The position numbers and the translations under genes are program-made. A stretch of DNA of 64,000 nt from Candidatus Magasanikiibacteriota bacterium (GTDB lineage Bacteria; Patescibacteriota; Patescibacteriia; Magasanikbacterales; GWA2-37-8), in NCBI GenBank assembly GCA_026396515.1, contig JAPLWQ010000003.1, forward strand, positions 291,569-355,568, read 5' to 3'. The first letter of the stretch is position 1. Every line of letters starts with the position of its first letter. Shown piece after piece: positions 19,460 through 27,766 of this stretch. Under the pieces are notes generated by a model that saw nothing but the letters and a program-made list of their open reading frames with translations, was not told the DNA's origin and did not search any database.

Positions 19460-20897
19460 AATTTGAATTTCCGGTTAATTTTGTCCTTATTTCCTTAATA
19501 ATTTCTTTGCTAATCCCGCCTGTTATGAACAACAACCCCAGGTACAGTACAGCGCCGGTCGGTATCGCAAATATAACATTCATCCGTTCGGCAGACCAAA
19601 AAATAACAGCACCCATAATAATAGCGGGAACAAAAGCCTTAATGCAATACTTCAATAAAATACTCCCGTTAATTTCCACTATTCGGCTAACAAGAATATA
19701 TCCAATAATCCATAGAGCAAAATTTCCTATCAACGCAGATATTGCCGCTCCATTTATGCCATAGCGCGGGATAAGAATAACATTGGCAATAATATTTATA
19801 ACGAGTACGACCGCCATTAGCATTGTTTGTTTTCTTTGTTCGCCTACTGCGTTAAGCAGCGCGCCGCTAATCAATGCCAGATAGCCAAATACAAGTGCGA
19901 TGACTAGAATTCTTAAGGGCATTATTGAAGGCGAATAAGCTTGTCCGTATACAGAGACAATAAAAGATGCCGAAATGGCAAAAATACCGGCAGCGAGCGG
20001 AAACACAATTGTAAATAAGTAGCGCCAAGATTTTTCAAACAAACGCGCCAGTGCGTTCTTGTCTGATAAAAATAATGCACTAAAAACCGGGTAAATACTG
20101 GCCGACAAAGCCAGGGGTATGAATTGAAAAGCAAAAGTAATTTTATACGGAACACTCCACCAGCCAAGCTCCCTGCCGGTGAGCAATTTCGACATAATCA
20201 ACGAATCACTATATGAATATAGCCGGCCAATGATACCGGCAACCGCAAAAGGCCAAGCCATTAGCAAAAACTCTTTCCATGCTTGTCCGGTGAAGATTAT
20301 ACTAAGTTTCAAAGCGCAAACTCTGACTGCAAAAAAACCGGAATATAAAACATTCAAAATACTGGGGATGGTATAAGCGCCGATTAACCAAATAAGAGGC
20401 CAGCGCAAATATAGCGCAATAGAGCCAATGAGCATTGTGATAAATTGTGAGGCGACAATACCGAATGCCTCATATTTTAAATTTCTTTTGGCGCGGAATA
20501 CGGCATAAAAAAGAGAGTGTAGGTTGTCAAACCACATCGTAGCGCCGGCAAGGCAGATCAAATGGCGTGTCTGCACCGGATATCCGAGGGCGTAGGAAGC
20601 GATTACCACGAGTATATACGCCGCCGCACCGATGATAAATTTCCCTCCCAATGCTGTCGAAAAAATCCTTTGTGTGTCTTCCGGCTTTTTTGCAATCTCT
20701 CTGGTCAAAACTGCTGAAAAACCAAAGTCAGCCATAACCGCAAAAATGCTGGTGAAGGTTAGCGCAAAAAAATAAGCGCCGGTGCTCTCTACTCCGATCA
20801 ACCTGGCAATTACGGTAAAATAAACAAAGGATATAATCTTTTGGACTATTGACGCCGTTGTCAGAAATGAGGTATTTTTCGCTACTGAATAAGCCAT
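19434..20897 (-). CDS. Wzx-type polysaccharide flippase
   Basis: About 14 TM segments; VAKN, DFG...LTREIA, LIPRYGINGAA motifs. Confidence 0.88.
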   Translation of the reverse strand: MAYSVAKNTSFLTTASIVQKIISFVYFTVIARLIGVESTGAYFFALTFTSIFAVMADFGFSAVLTREIAKKPEDTQRIFSTALGGKFIIGAAAYILVVIASYALGYPVQTRHLICLAGATMWFDNLHSLFYAVFRAKRNLKYEAFGIVASQFITMLIGSIALYLRWPLIWLIGAYTIPSILNVLYSGFFAVRVCALKLSIIFTGQAWKEFLLMAWPFAVAGIIGRLYSYSDSLIMSKLLTGRELGWWSVPYKITFAFQFIPLALSASIYPVFSALFLSDKNALARLFEKSWRYLFTIVFPLAAGIFAISASFIVSVYGQAYSPSIMPLRILVIALVFGYLALISGALLNAVGEQRKQTMLMAVVLVINIIANVILIPRYGINGAAISALIGNFALWIIGYILVSRIVEINGSILLKYCIKAFVPAIIMGAVIFWSAERMNVIFAIPTGAVLYLGLLFITGGISKEIIKEIRTKLTGNSNYENIDNNA

Positions 20898-20929
20898 AAA
20901 TTGGAGTTTAATAGCGATATTTTAACATT

Positions 20930-20956
20930 AAAAGACCCGCCTTATCAAGGCGGGTC
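20930..20956 (-). terminator. Intrinsic terminator after rpsI
   Basis: GACCCGCCTT-N3-AAGGCGGGTC hairpin, followed by TTTT on the minus strand. Confidence 0.8.
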
Positions 20957-20966
20957 CGATAATTTT

Positions 20967-21458
20967 TTAACGCTTACTCCACTGCGGTGCGCGACGCGCT
21001 CTTTTTAAACCGAATTTCTTTCTCTCTTTCACCCTGGCATCCCTGGTTAAAAAACCAAGAGTTCGGAGAGTTTTTCTGAATTCTTCATTCCAAAGCACCA
21101 GGGCTCTGGCAACGCCATGCTTAACGGCGTCTGCCTGCCCCTTTTTTCCACCGCCTACCACTTTTACGCTCACATTAAGATCCTTTTCCTTGCCCACTGC
21201 CTTAAGGGCTGATAAGACAGCTTCCTGCAGGGCAAAATGCGGGAAATATTTTTTATAATCATCGCCGTTGACTGTAATTTCACCGGTACCACGAGTAATC
21301 CTAACGCGGGCAGAGGCGCATTTACGCCGGCCAACGGAACGGCTGGTGTCATTATTCACGGCCACTTCAAGTTTGGCCGGCTTTTCAACTTTCTTTACCG
21401 CCGGTTTCGCTGCCGGCGACTTAACACTTTTTGCTTTTGTGGATGCAGTTTTTGGCAT
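20967..21458 (-). CDS. rpsI: 30S ribosomal protein S9
   Basis: GRRK..ARV, GGG..GQA.A, LTRDARVKERKKFGLKRARRAPQWSKR; Lys/Ala/Pro-rich N-terminal extension. Confidence 0.97.
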   Translation of the reverse strand: MPKTASTKAKSVKSPAAKPAVKKVEKPAKLEVAVNNDTSRSVGRRKCASARVRITRGTGEITVNGDDYKKYFPHFALQEAVLSALKAVGKEKDLNVSVKVVGGGKKGQADAVKHGVARALVLWNEEFRKTLRTLGFLTRDARVKERKKFGLKRARRAPQWSKR

Positions 21459-21464
21459 AATCAA

Positions 21465-21821
21465 TTACTTAAACGTCAAACGCAACATGCGCGCCGTGCG
21501 CATTTTATTTTTCGGCAACATCCTGGCTACAGCGTGTCTTAAAACCTCGCGCGGACTTTCAAGAAAAAGTATTTTGGCTTTCTTTTCCTTAAGGCCTCCC
21601 GGATGCATTGAGTGATGGCGATAAACCTTATCCTGCATTTTCTTTCCGGTAAAATATATCTCACCAACATTTAATATCCGCACTTTATCTCCGCTATCAA
21701 TGTGTGTTTTATATCCCACCTTATTCTTGCCCATTAAAATCATGGCTATTTTTGTAGCCAGCCGTCCGGGAACTTTTCCCGCCGCATCAATCTCAATTGT
21801 GTGTCTTTTAAATTTTTGCAT
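21465..21821 (-). CDS. rplM: 50S ribosomal protein L13
   Basis: IDA.G...GRLA, GKNK, D.GD, HSMHPGGLK, MLPKN. Confidence 0.95.
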   Translation of the reverse strand: MQKFKRHTIEIDAAGKVPGRLATKIAMILMGKNKVGYKTHIDSGDKVRILNVGEIYFTGKKMQDKVYRHHSMHPGGLKEKKAKILFLESPREVLRHAVARMLPKNKMRTARMLRLTFK

Positions 21822-21832
21822 ATCCCTCAATA

Positions 21833-22189
21833 TTACTTAACGAATTCAACAATAGCTTTTTCCGCTCCGTCACCTGTTCTGATGTCTGACACCAAAATCA
21901 ACCGGGTATAACCGCCCTTTTTCCCTACGTAACGCGGCCCCAGAACATCCATAAGCTTCTTTACGGAGTTGTTGGTATACAACTCTTTAATAAGCGCCCG
22001 ACGGGCTGATAGCGTGTTCTTTTTAGCGATTGTAACGAGCTTTTCAACAAACGACTTCAAGGCCTTGGCTTTTGCCTTAGTCGTAATAATCTTTTCGTAC
22101 AAAATTAAGCTTTCCGCTAAATTGGCAAGCAGAGCGTTGCGTGAGGCGCTTTTCCGGTCAAGCGTAATTTTCTTCTTTTGGTGTCTCAT
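21833..22189 (-). CDS. rplQ: 50S ribosomal protein L17
   Basis: MRHQ..., ITT.AKAK, GGYTR, GDGA. Confidence 0.96.
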   Translation of the reverse strand: MRHQKKKITLDRKSASRNALLANLAESLILYEKIITTKAKAKALKSFVEKLVTIAKKNTLSARRALIKELYTNNSVKKLMDVLGPRYVGKKGGYTRLILVSDIRTGDGAEKAIVEFVK

Positions 22190-22198
22190 AAAAAATTT

Positions 22199-22993
22199 TT
22201 ACTTGGTTTTCTTTTTTGCCGTTTTCTTTTTCGGCTTTATATCCGCTTCCCCCTCGCCCACTTGAGACTCTTCAACCGATACGATTTTTTCTTCGGTCAA
22301 ACCTTTCTGCGATTCATCCAAAATTATGGAAAAATGATTCATCAGAATCTGAGTCGATTGAAAAATTGCGTCTTTTGGCGACATTGTACCGTTTGTCTCA
22401 ATTGTTAAAGTGAGTTTTTCATAGTTGGTGATATCACCGACGCGGGTGTATTCAACATGATAACCGACGTCTTTGATCGGGCTGTAAATTGAATCCACTA
22501 CAATCGTGCCCAAATCATAATTTCCGCGGTTCTTTTCCTCTGTAGTCTTAAATCCGCGCCCTCGTCCGACAATCACATCCATTTCAAACGGTTTGGCGCT
22601 GGTCAGATTGCAGATGGCCAGATCTTTATTAAATATTTCCACACTGGAATTTTTTTCAAAATCCTTGGCTGTCACCACTCCCGAGCCCTTTTTTGTTAAG
22701 GTCAGCGTTACCGGCTCATCACTATATACTTTGACTATTAATTGCTTAAGATTAAGCATTATCTCTACCACATCTTCCTTCACGCCTTCAACAGTTGTGA
22801 ACTCGTGCTGAATGCCGCGAATTTTAAACGCTTCAACAGCCGCACCCGGCAAAGATGCTAAAAGTACCCGGCGCAATGCGTTTCCGATGGTTGTGCCGTA
22901 GCCATGATAGCACGGCATGACCACGAAAGCGGCGTGATTTGGCGTCTCACCGGCAATAAACTCGATTTTTGAAGGCAGAAGCAAATTTTCCAT
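22199..22993 (-). CDS. rpoA: RNA polymerase alpha subunit (N-terminal domain only)
   Basis: GYGTTIGNALRRVLL, HEF..GVKED, DSIYSP; position between rpsD and rplQ. Only 264 aa. Confidence 0.95.
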   Translation of the reverse strand: MENLLLPSKIEFIAGETPNHAAFVVMPCYHGYGTTIGNALRRVLLASLPGAAVEAFKIRGIQHEFTTVEGVKEDVVEIMLNLKQLIVKVYSDEPVTLTLTKKGSGVVTAKDFEKNSSVEIFNKDLAICNLTSAKPFEMDVIVGRGRGFKTTEEKNRGNYDLGTIVVDSIYSPIKDVGYHVEYTRVGDITNYEKLTLTIETNGTMSPKDAIFQSTQILMNHFSIILDESQKGLTEEKIVSVEESQVGEGEADIKPKKKTAKKKTK

Positions 22994-23047
22994 ATTGGAT
23001 GTGAGTGAGAGAAATAGTCAAAATGTTTTTGATTATTTCCAAACTAA

Positions 23048-23674
23048 TTAGCGTGAATAGAACTCAATAATTGATTGTGCGTTGAAATTAGGATTTTCCA
23101 ACGTTGGGGCATTTAACACCTTGGCAGACAACGCTTTTACATCCACGCTTATCCAGGACGGAAATTCGGCCTTGGCTAAATGCTCGCCGATATTTTCCAC
23201 ACCTTTTTTCTTTTTCGCCCCCTCTTTGATGGCTACAACCATGCCCGGCTTTACTCTAAACGACGGAATATCGACTTTGGCGCCATTTACAGTTATAAGA
23301 CCATGCGAAACCAATTGACGCGCTCCAAATCTGGCTTTTGACAGCCCGGCGCGGTAAACGACATTATCAAGTCTGGATTCCAGATATTGAGTCAGCCATT
23401 TGCTGGTATCGCCGACCTTGCCTTGGGCCTCTGCCACATAATTTGAAAATTGGCGCTCCAAAAGACCATAGATTCTTTTGACTTTCTGTTTTTCTTTAAG
23501 CTGTTTGCCGTAACCGGACAATTTGGAACGTCTGCTGTTCGGCCCATGAACTCCCGGCGCGTAATTTCGCTTGCCAAAAGGACATTTTGGCCCGAGACAT
23601 TTTTCTCCTTTTAGCATCAGCTTTTCTCCGGCCCGGCGGCACTTGGCGCATTTGGAATTTACTTTTATTGACAT
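23048..23674 (-). CDS. rpsD: 30S ribosomal protein S4
   Basis: Zinc-binding C..CRR...C...C form, YGKQLKEKQK, LESRLDNVVYR, IIEFYSR. Confidence 0.97.
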   Translation of the reverse strand: MSIKVNSKCAKCRRAGEKLMLKGEKCLGPKCPFGKRNYAPGVHGPNSRRSKLSGYGKQLKEKQKVKRIYGLLERQFSNYVAEAQGKVGDTSKWLTQYLESRLDNVVYRAGLSKARFGARQLVSHGLITVNGAKVDIPSFRVKPGMVVAIKEGAKKKKGVENIGEHLAKAEFPSWISVDVKALSAKVLNAPTLENPNFNAQSIIEFYSR

Positions 23675-23685
23675 AATATTATAAT

Positions 23686-24087
23686 TTAGACGCGGCGTCT
23701 CTTAGGCGGCCGGCAGCCGTTGTGCGGAATAGGTGTCACGTCATTGATTGACAAAACATTTAAGCCGTTTGAGTGCAAAGCGCGAATAGCGCCTTCACGA
23801 CCGGCTCCGATTCCTTTAATATATACATTAACATCTTTCACGCCATAATCGGCGACTTTTTCCATAAGTGATTTTACTACCATCGTGGCGGCATATGGCG
23901 TCGCTTTTTTGGGACCCTTAAAACCGGCCATGCCGGATGATGCCCAACCCAAAGTATCGCCGTTCGGATCGGTAATAGTGATGATTGTGTTATTGTACGA
24001 AGCTAAAATATAGGCATTACCTCTTGGTACTTGCTTAACCGCTTTTTTCTTTTTGGCTTTTGCCACTTTTGGTTGTTCTGTAGTCAT
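23686..24087 (-). CDS. rpsK: 30S ribosomal protein S11
   Basis: SYNNTI, K.TPYAA, DVTPIPHNGCRPPKRRRV. Confidence 0.98.
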   Translation of the reverse strand: MTTEQPKVAKAKKKKAVKQVPRGNAYILASYNNTIITITDPNGDTLGWASSGMAGFKGPKKATPYAATMVVKSLMEKVADYGVKDVNVYIKGIGAGREGAIRALHSNGLNVLSINDVTPIPHNGCRPPKRRRV

Positions 24088-24106
24088 ATATCAAAAAGAT
24101 TAGGCC

Positions 24107-24493
24107 TTAAGTCTTAATGCCTGACGCCTTTCTACCCGAACCCATGGTTTTGCGCACATTACCGCGCACAGTTCGGGAGTTGGTCTTTGTTCTTTGTCCG
24201 CGACAGGGTAAATGTTTCATGTGGCGAACACCCCGAAAACACTTGATGTCTTTTAAACGTTTAATGTTGGCTCCGACCTCACGGCGCAAATCGCCTTCGG
24301 TTATAAATTCCTTTTCCACAATAGCTCTGAGCCGATCCTGTTCAGCTTCGGTTAAATCTTTGGTTCTTGTGTTTTCGCTAATTTTGGCTTTGGCCAAAAT
24401 CTTTCTGGAAAGCGACGGGCCAATACCATAAATATATGGCAGTGATGCCACGACACGCTTGTCCTTTGGAATAGTAATGCCTGCAATACGCAT
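24107..24493 (-). CDS. rpsM: 30S ribosomal protein S13
   Basis: MRIAG, IYGIG, EGDLRR, RGQRTKTNSRT. Confidence 0.97.
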   Translation of the reverse strand: MRIAGITIPKDKRVVASLPYIYGIGPSLSRKILAKAKISENTRTKDLTEAEQDRLRAIVEKEFITEGDLRREVGANIKRLKDIKCFRGVRHMKHLPCRGQRTKTNSRTVRGNVRKTMGSGRKASGIKT

Positions 24494-24515
24494 AAACACG
24501 AATTACTGAAATAAA

Positions 24516-24629
24516 TTAACCTTGGCGCTGCTTATGTTTCGGGTTGCTACAAATAACATACACCCGGCCCTTGCGCCTTACGACTTTGCATTTTTGACAA
24601 ATTTTCTTAGCTGATGCTCTAACTTTCAT
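24516..24629 (-). CDS. rpmJ: 50S ribosomal protein L36 (below the ORF-track size cutoff)
   Basis: Manual translation [37 protein letters not shown]; canonical position between infA and rpsM. Confidence 0.97.
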   Translation of the reverse strand: MKVRASAKKICQKCKVVRRKGRVYVICSNPKHKQRQG

Positions 24630-24665
24630 ATCTGTTAATTATCTTACAAAAATCATTTTTTAAGC

Positions 24666-24738
24666 AAAAAATATCAATCATTGCCGCGATATCAACGCCC
24701 TTTTTGCAAAAGGCTACACCGCAATGATTGATATTCTT
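24666..24738 (-). ncRNA. Candidate structured RNA leader/attenuator upstream of rpmJ
   Basis: Perfect 15-bp stem (24670-24684 with 24721-24735) enclosing a nested hairpin, followed by a U-run on the minus strand. Confidence 0.4.
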
Positions 24739-24827
24739 GGCGAGCGAGGAAGAAAAAATATTTTTCATTTCCGAGCGAGCCTAGTATATACGGGGCAAAA
24801 CCCCATATATTTCTAAATTGAATTGTA

Positions 24828-25043
24828 TTAATAACGGAAAGTAATCCTCCCTTTTGTCAGATCGTATGGGGTCATTACCACTTTCACTTTATCACCGATG
24901 CTCAAGCGAATCTTGTTGAGCCTCATTTTCCCCGCCAAGTGGGCGACAACTCCCTGGCCGCTTTCCAGACGAAGCCGAAAAGTACCGGCAGGCAGCAGTT
25001 CCTGAACCGTTCCATCGATCTCAATGACGTCTTTGTTTGCCAT
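24828..25043 (-). CDS. infA: Translation initiation factor IF-1
   Basis: [31 protein letters not shown]. Confidence 0.97.
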   Translation of the reverse strand: MANKDVIEIDGTVQELLPAGTFRLRLESGQGVVAHLAGKMRLNKIRLSIGDKVKVVMTPYDLTKGRITFRY

Positions 25044-25083
25044 TGTTTATTACTTATATATTATATGGAGCAATTGTAGGGCT

Positions 25084-25112
25084 ATTTTAGCGGAAACTAA
25101 TAAATAAGTCAA
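25084..25112 (-). promoter_or_regulatory. infA operon promoter
   Basis: Minus strand TTGACT-N17-TAAAAT. Confidence 0.7.
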
Positions 25113-25181
25113 GTGTCTGCGCCTATATTTGCGAAAATATTACTTTATAATAATATTTTGGCTAATTTAAGCTAAAAAAAC

Positions 25182-25646
25182 CTAATCCACAACTTCTTCC
25201 AAGGCAACAACCGGCTGGTTATTCACAGCATTTACCGGCACGGGCTTACTATAAACAAAATATTTGTAAAGCAAAAAATTCCACGAAACAGCCACGGCGA
25301 TATTTAAAATTCTGGCCAGTAGATAATTCACCGACAATTGATCAGAAAAAAACCACATCCAAGATATGGCAATCGAATAATTCAAACAGGCGACAATTAT
25401 AAACCGAAGCATTTGACGCCCGGTCATACCGAACGACTGGAAAGACCAGTACTTATTTAAAAAGAAAACGTAATTGATGATAAACAACTGGTTAATAATA
25501 ACCGCAAGAACAGGACGCATTCCGGCATACTCTTTTAATATGAAAAGCGAACACATATCGAGCACCACGGCGCTCGATCCGGTAACGGCATATTTAAAAA
25601 ATTGAAAGCGCATCGACCAAAGCCAGGAAAAAAACTTGATCTTCAT
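25182..25646 (-). CDS. GtrA family membrane protein
   Basis: Four TM segments; QFFKYA, NKYWSF, WNFLLYKYFV. Confidence 0.85.
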   Translation of the reverse strand: MKIKFFSWLWSMRFQFFKYAVTGSSAVVLDMCSLFILKEYAGMRPVLAVIINQLFIINYVFFLNKYWSFQSFGMTGRQMLRFIIVACLNYSIAISWMWFFSDQLSVNYLLARILNIAVAVSWNFLLYKYFVYSKPVPVNAVNNQPVVALEEVVD

Positions 25647-25655
25647 AATACTCTT

Positions 25656-27506
25656 TTATGACAGCGACGCTTTTATTCTTCGCACGCCGGCGCTGACCGC
25701 TTCTTCCTTAATAATTTTGAACTTTCCCAGAACGCCTGTATTTGCCACATGGGGTCCGCCGCAGATTTCCTTGCTGAAAGTTAGGGTGTTCTCATGTGCA
25801 GACGGCATCTCATTAGGGTCGCCCGCCGTATAAACCTTCACTTTAGCACCATATTTATCTTCAAACAGGCCCATAGCGCCGCCTTCCTTTGCCTCCGCCA
25901 CCGTCATTTCGGCGAATGTCACGGGATAATCGCGTTGAATTGCATAATTCACCAAATCTTCTACCCTCTCCTTCTGTTCTTCAGTCATTTTTTCGGGATG
26001 TGAAAAATCAAAACGAAGCCGCTCAGCCGTAATGTTGCTGCCGCGCTGTTCGGCATGTTCTCCGAGCACTGCACGCAAGGCGGCGTGCAGAAGGTGTGTA
26101 GCCGTATGATACTTCACTGACATCTCGCCCTGGTCAGCCAAACCGCCTTTAAATTTTTGTTCCGCCCCGGTCCGGGATAAATCCTGGTGGGCTTTAAACG
26201 CATGCTCAAACCCCTCAACTTCAACGGTCAAACCATTTTCGGTTGCCAGTTCTAAAGTCATTTCAAGCGGAAATCCGTAAGATTCATATAATTTAAAAGC
26301 CTGCTTGCCGGAAATCTCAGTTATTCTCTCCCCTGTTTTATCAAATGCAATTTGAAATCCTGCCAAAAGTTTCTCAAACTCCTTTAATCCCTGTTCAATT
26401 GTATTCCGAAATTTACTTTCTTCTTTTGCAATTTCATCCGCTATAAATTCATGACTTCGCAAAACCTCAGAATAAATATTTTTGTAAATACCTATTACCG
26501 CTTCGGCAATTTGTGAACAAAAATTTTCATTTATGCCGATTAAACGCCCATGGCGTACAGCCCGGCGAATCAGACGGCGAACAATGTATCCCTGGTCAAC
26601 ATTGCCGGGTGCAATTCCGATATTATCGGCCATTATCATTGTTGCCGTGCGCAAATGATCGGCAATAATACGCATCGATCGCACAGTATTGGCCGATTCA
26701 ATATATTCTCGGCCGGATATTGCCTGAATCTTTTGAATTATCGGCCAAAAAGTATCAATCTGAAAAACATCGGAAAAGCTGTTTAATACCACCAGGGTCC
26801 GCTCTAACCCCATTCCGGTATCAACATTTTTTTGTTTAAGCGGAACATATTTTCCACTGGCAGTTTTATCGTATTGCATGAAGACATTGTTCCAGATCTC
26901 CAGCCAGCTATCAGGATCTGTTCCGGGACTGCTTTTTGCCGACGGATATTCTCCCTCCCCTTGCCACCAAAAAATTTCTGTGTCCGGCCCGCACGGACCT
27001 GTTTGTCCGGCTGGACCCCACCAAGTCTCCGTTTTCGACAGACAAGCGATTCTGTTCTCCGGGACGCCGAGCTCGTCCCATATTTGTGCCGACTCATCAT
27101 CGCGCGGGGCGTCGTTATCGCCGGCGAAAACAGTTACCGCAATTTTTTTCGGATCAAGATTCAGCCAGGCAGGCGAGGTTAAAAACTCCCAGCTCCACTC
27201 AATTGATTCTTTTTTAAAATAATCGCCAAGAGACCAGTTGCCCAGCATTTCAAAAAACGTGTTATGCCTGTTGTCCCCCACATCATCAATATCATTTGTC
27301 CGGACGCATTTTTGCACGCTAGTTAATCGATCACCTTCCGGGTGCGGTTCGCCAAGTAAATACGGTACTAAGGGATGCATACCAGCGGTGGTAAACAAGA
27401 CAGTCGGATCATTTTCCGGAATCAAAGAAGCAGAAGGAATAATTTTATGTTTCTTTGAAACAAAAAAATCCAGATATTTTTGACGGAGTTCAACTGATGT
27501 AATCAT
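25656..27506 (-). CDS. alaS: Alanine--tRNA ligase (short form without C-Ala domain)
   Basis: LFTTAGM, FFEMLGN, GPCGP, DTGMGLER, IADH.R, editing HTATH and CGGPH; ends at GVRRI. Confidence 0.96.
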   Translation of the reverse strand: MITSVELRQKYLDFFVSKKHKIIPSASLIPENDPTVLFTTAGMHPLVPYLLGEPHPEGDRLTSVQKCVRTNDIDDVGDNRHNTFFEMLGNWSLGDYFKKESIEWSWEFLTSPAWLNLDPKKIAVTVFAGDNDAPRDDESAQIWDELGVPENRIACLSKTETWWGPAGQTGPCGPDTEIFWWQGEGEYPSAKSSPGTDPDSWLEIWNNVFMQYDKTASGKYVPLKQKNVDTGMGLERTLVVLNSFSDVFQIDTFWPIIQKIQAISGREYIESANTVRSMRIIADHLRTATMIMADNIGIAPGNVDQGYIVRRLIRRAVRHGRLIGINENFCSQIAEAVIGIYKNIYSEVLRSHEFIADEIAKEESKFRNTIEQGLKEFEKLLAGFQIAFDKTGERITEISGKQAFKLYESYGFPLEMTLELATENGLTVEVEGFEHAFKAHQDLSRTGAEQKFKGGLADQGEMSVKYHTATHLLHAALRAVLGEHAEQRGSNITAERLRFDFSHPEKMTEEQKERVEDLVNYAIQRDYPVTFAEMTVAEAKEGGAMGLFEDKYGAKVKVYTAGDPNEMPSAHENTLTFSKEICGGPHVANTGVLGKFKIIKEEAVSAGVRRIKASLS

Positions 27507-27748
27507 ATTTTCATTTTTCGCAAATCAATAATAACATCTTTTAATGACACAATCGCCCAGACGCCATTCAAGACAACAAACGGATAGGCGTGGATCAAGA
27601 TTCCATAAACGACGAGTAACGACGACCCGATAAAATTCAGCAGGTCATATTTCAAATCCGTATCTTTCCAGATATGCGATTGATTCAAAATAAAGCAGAG
27701 CAAAATTGAAGCCGCACCCAAAATGCCTATGACTGTGATTAGATCCAT
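27503..27748 (-). CDS. Small membrane protein (CBU_0592/SemiSWEET-like)
   Basis: Three TM segments; Y.LLN.IGS and LN.VW motifs. Confidence 0.65.
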   Translation of the reverse strand: MDLITVIGILGAASILLCFILNQSHIWKDTDLKYDLLNFIGSSLLVVYGILIHAYPFVVLNGVWAIVSLKDVIIDLRKMKI

Positions 27749-27766
27749 ATTCGTTAGATAAAAAAA

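Noticed and set aside
24666-24738. Long hairpin as SRP RNA, 6S RNA or tRNA
   Set aside because: It lacks the SRP helix-8 motif, is too short for 6S, and has no cloverleaf or T-loop; kept only as a candidate leader.
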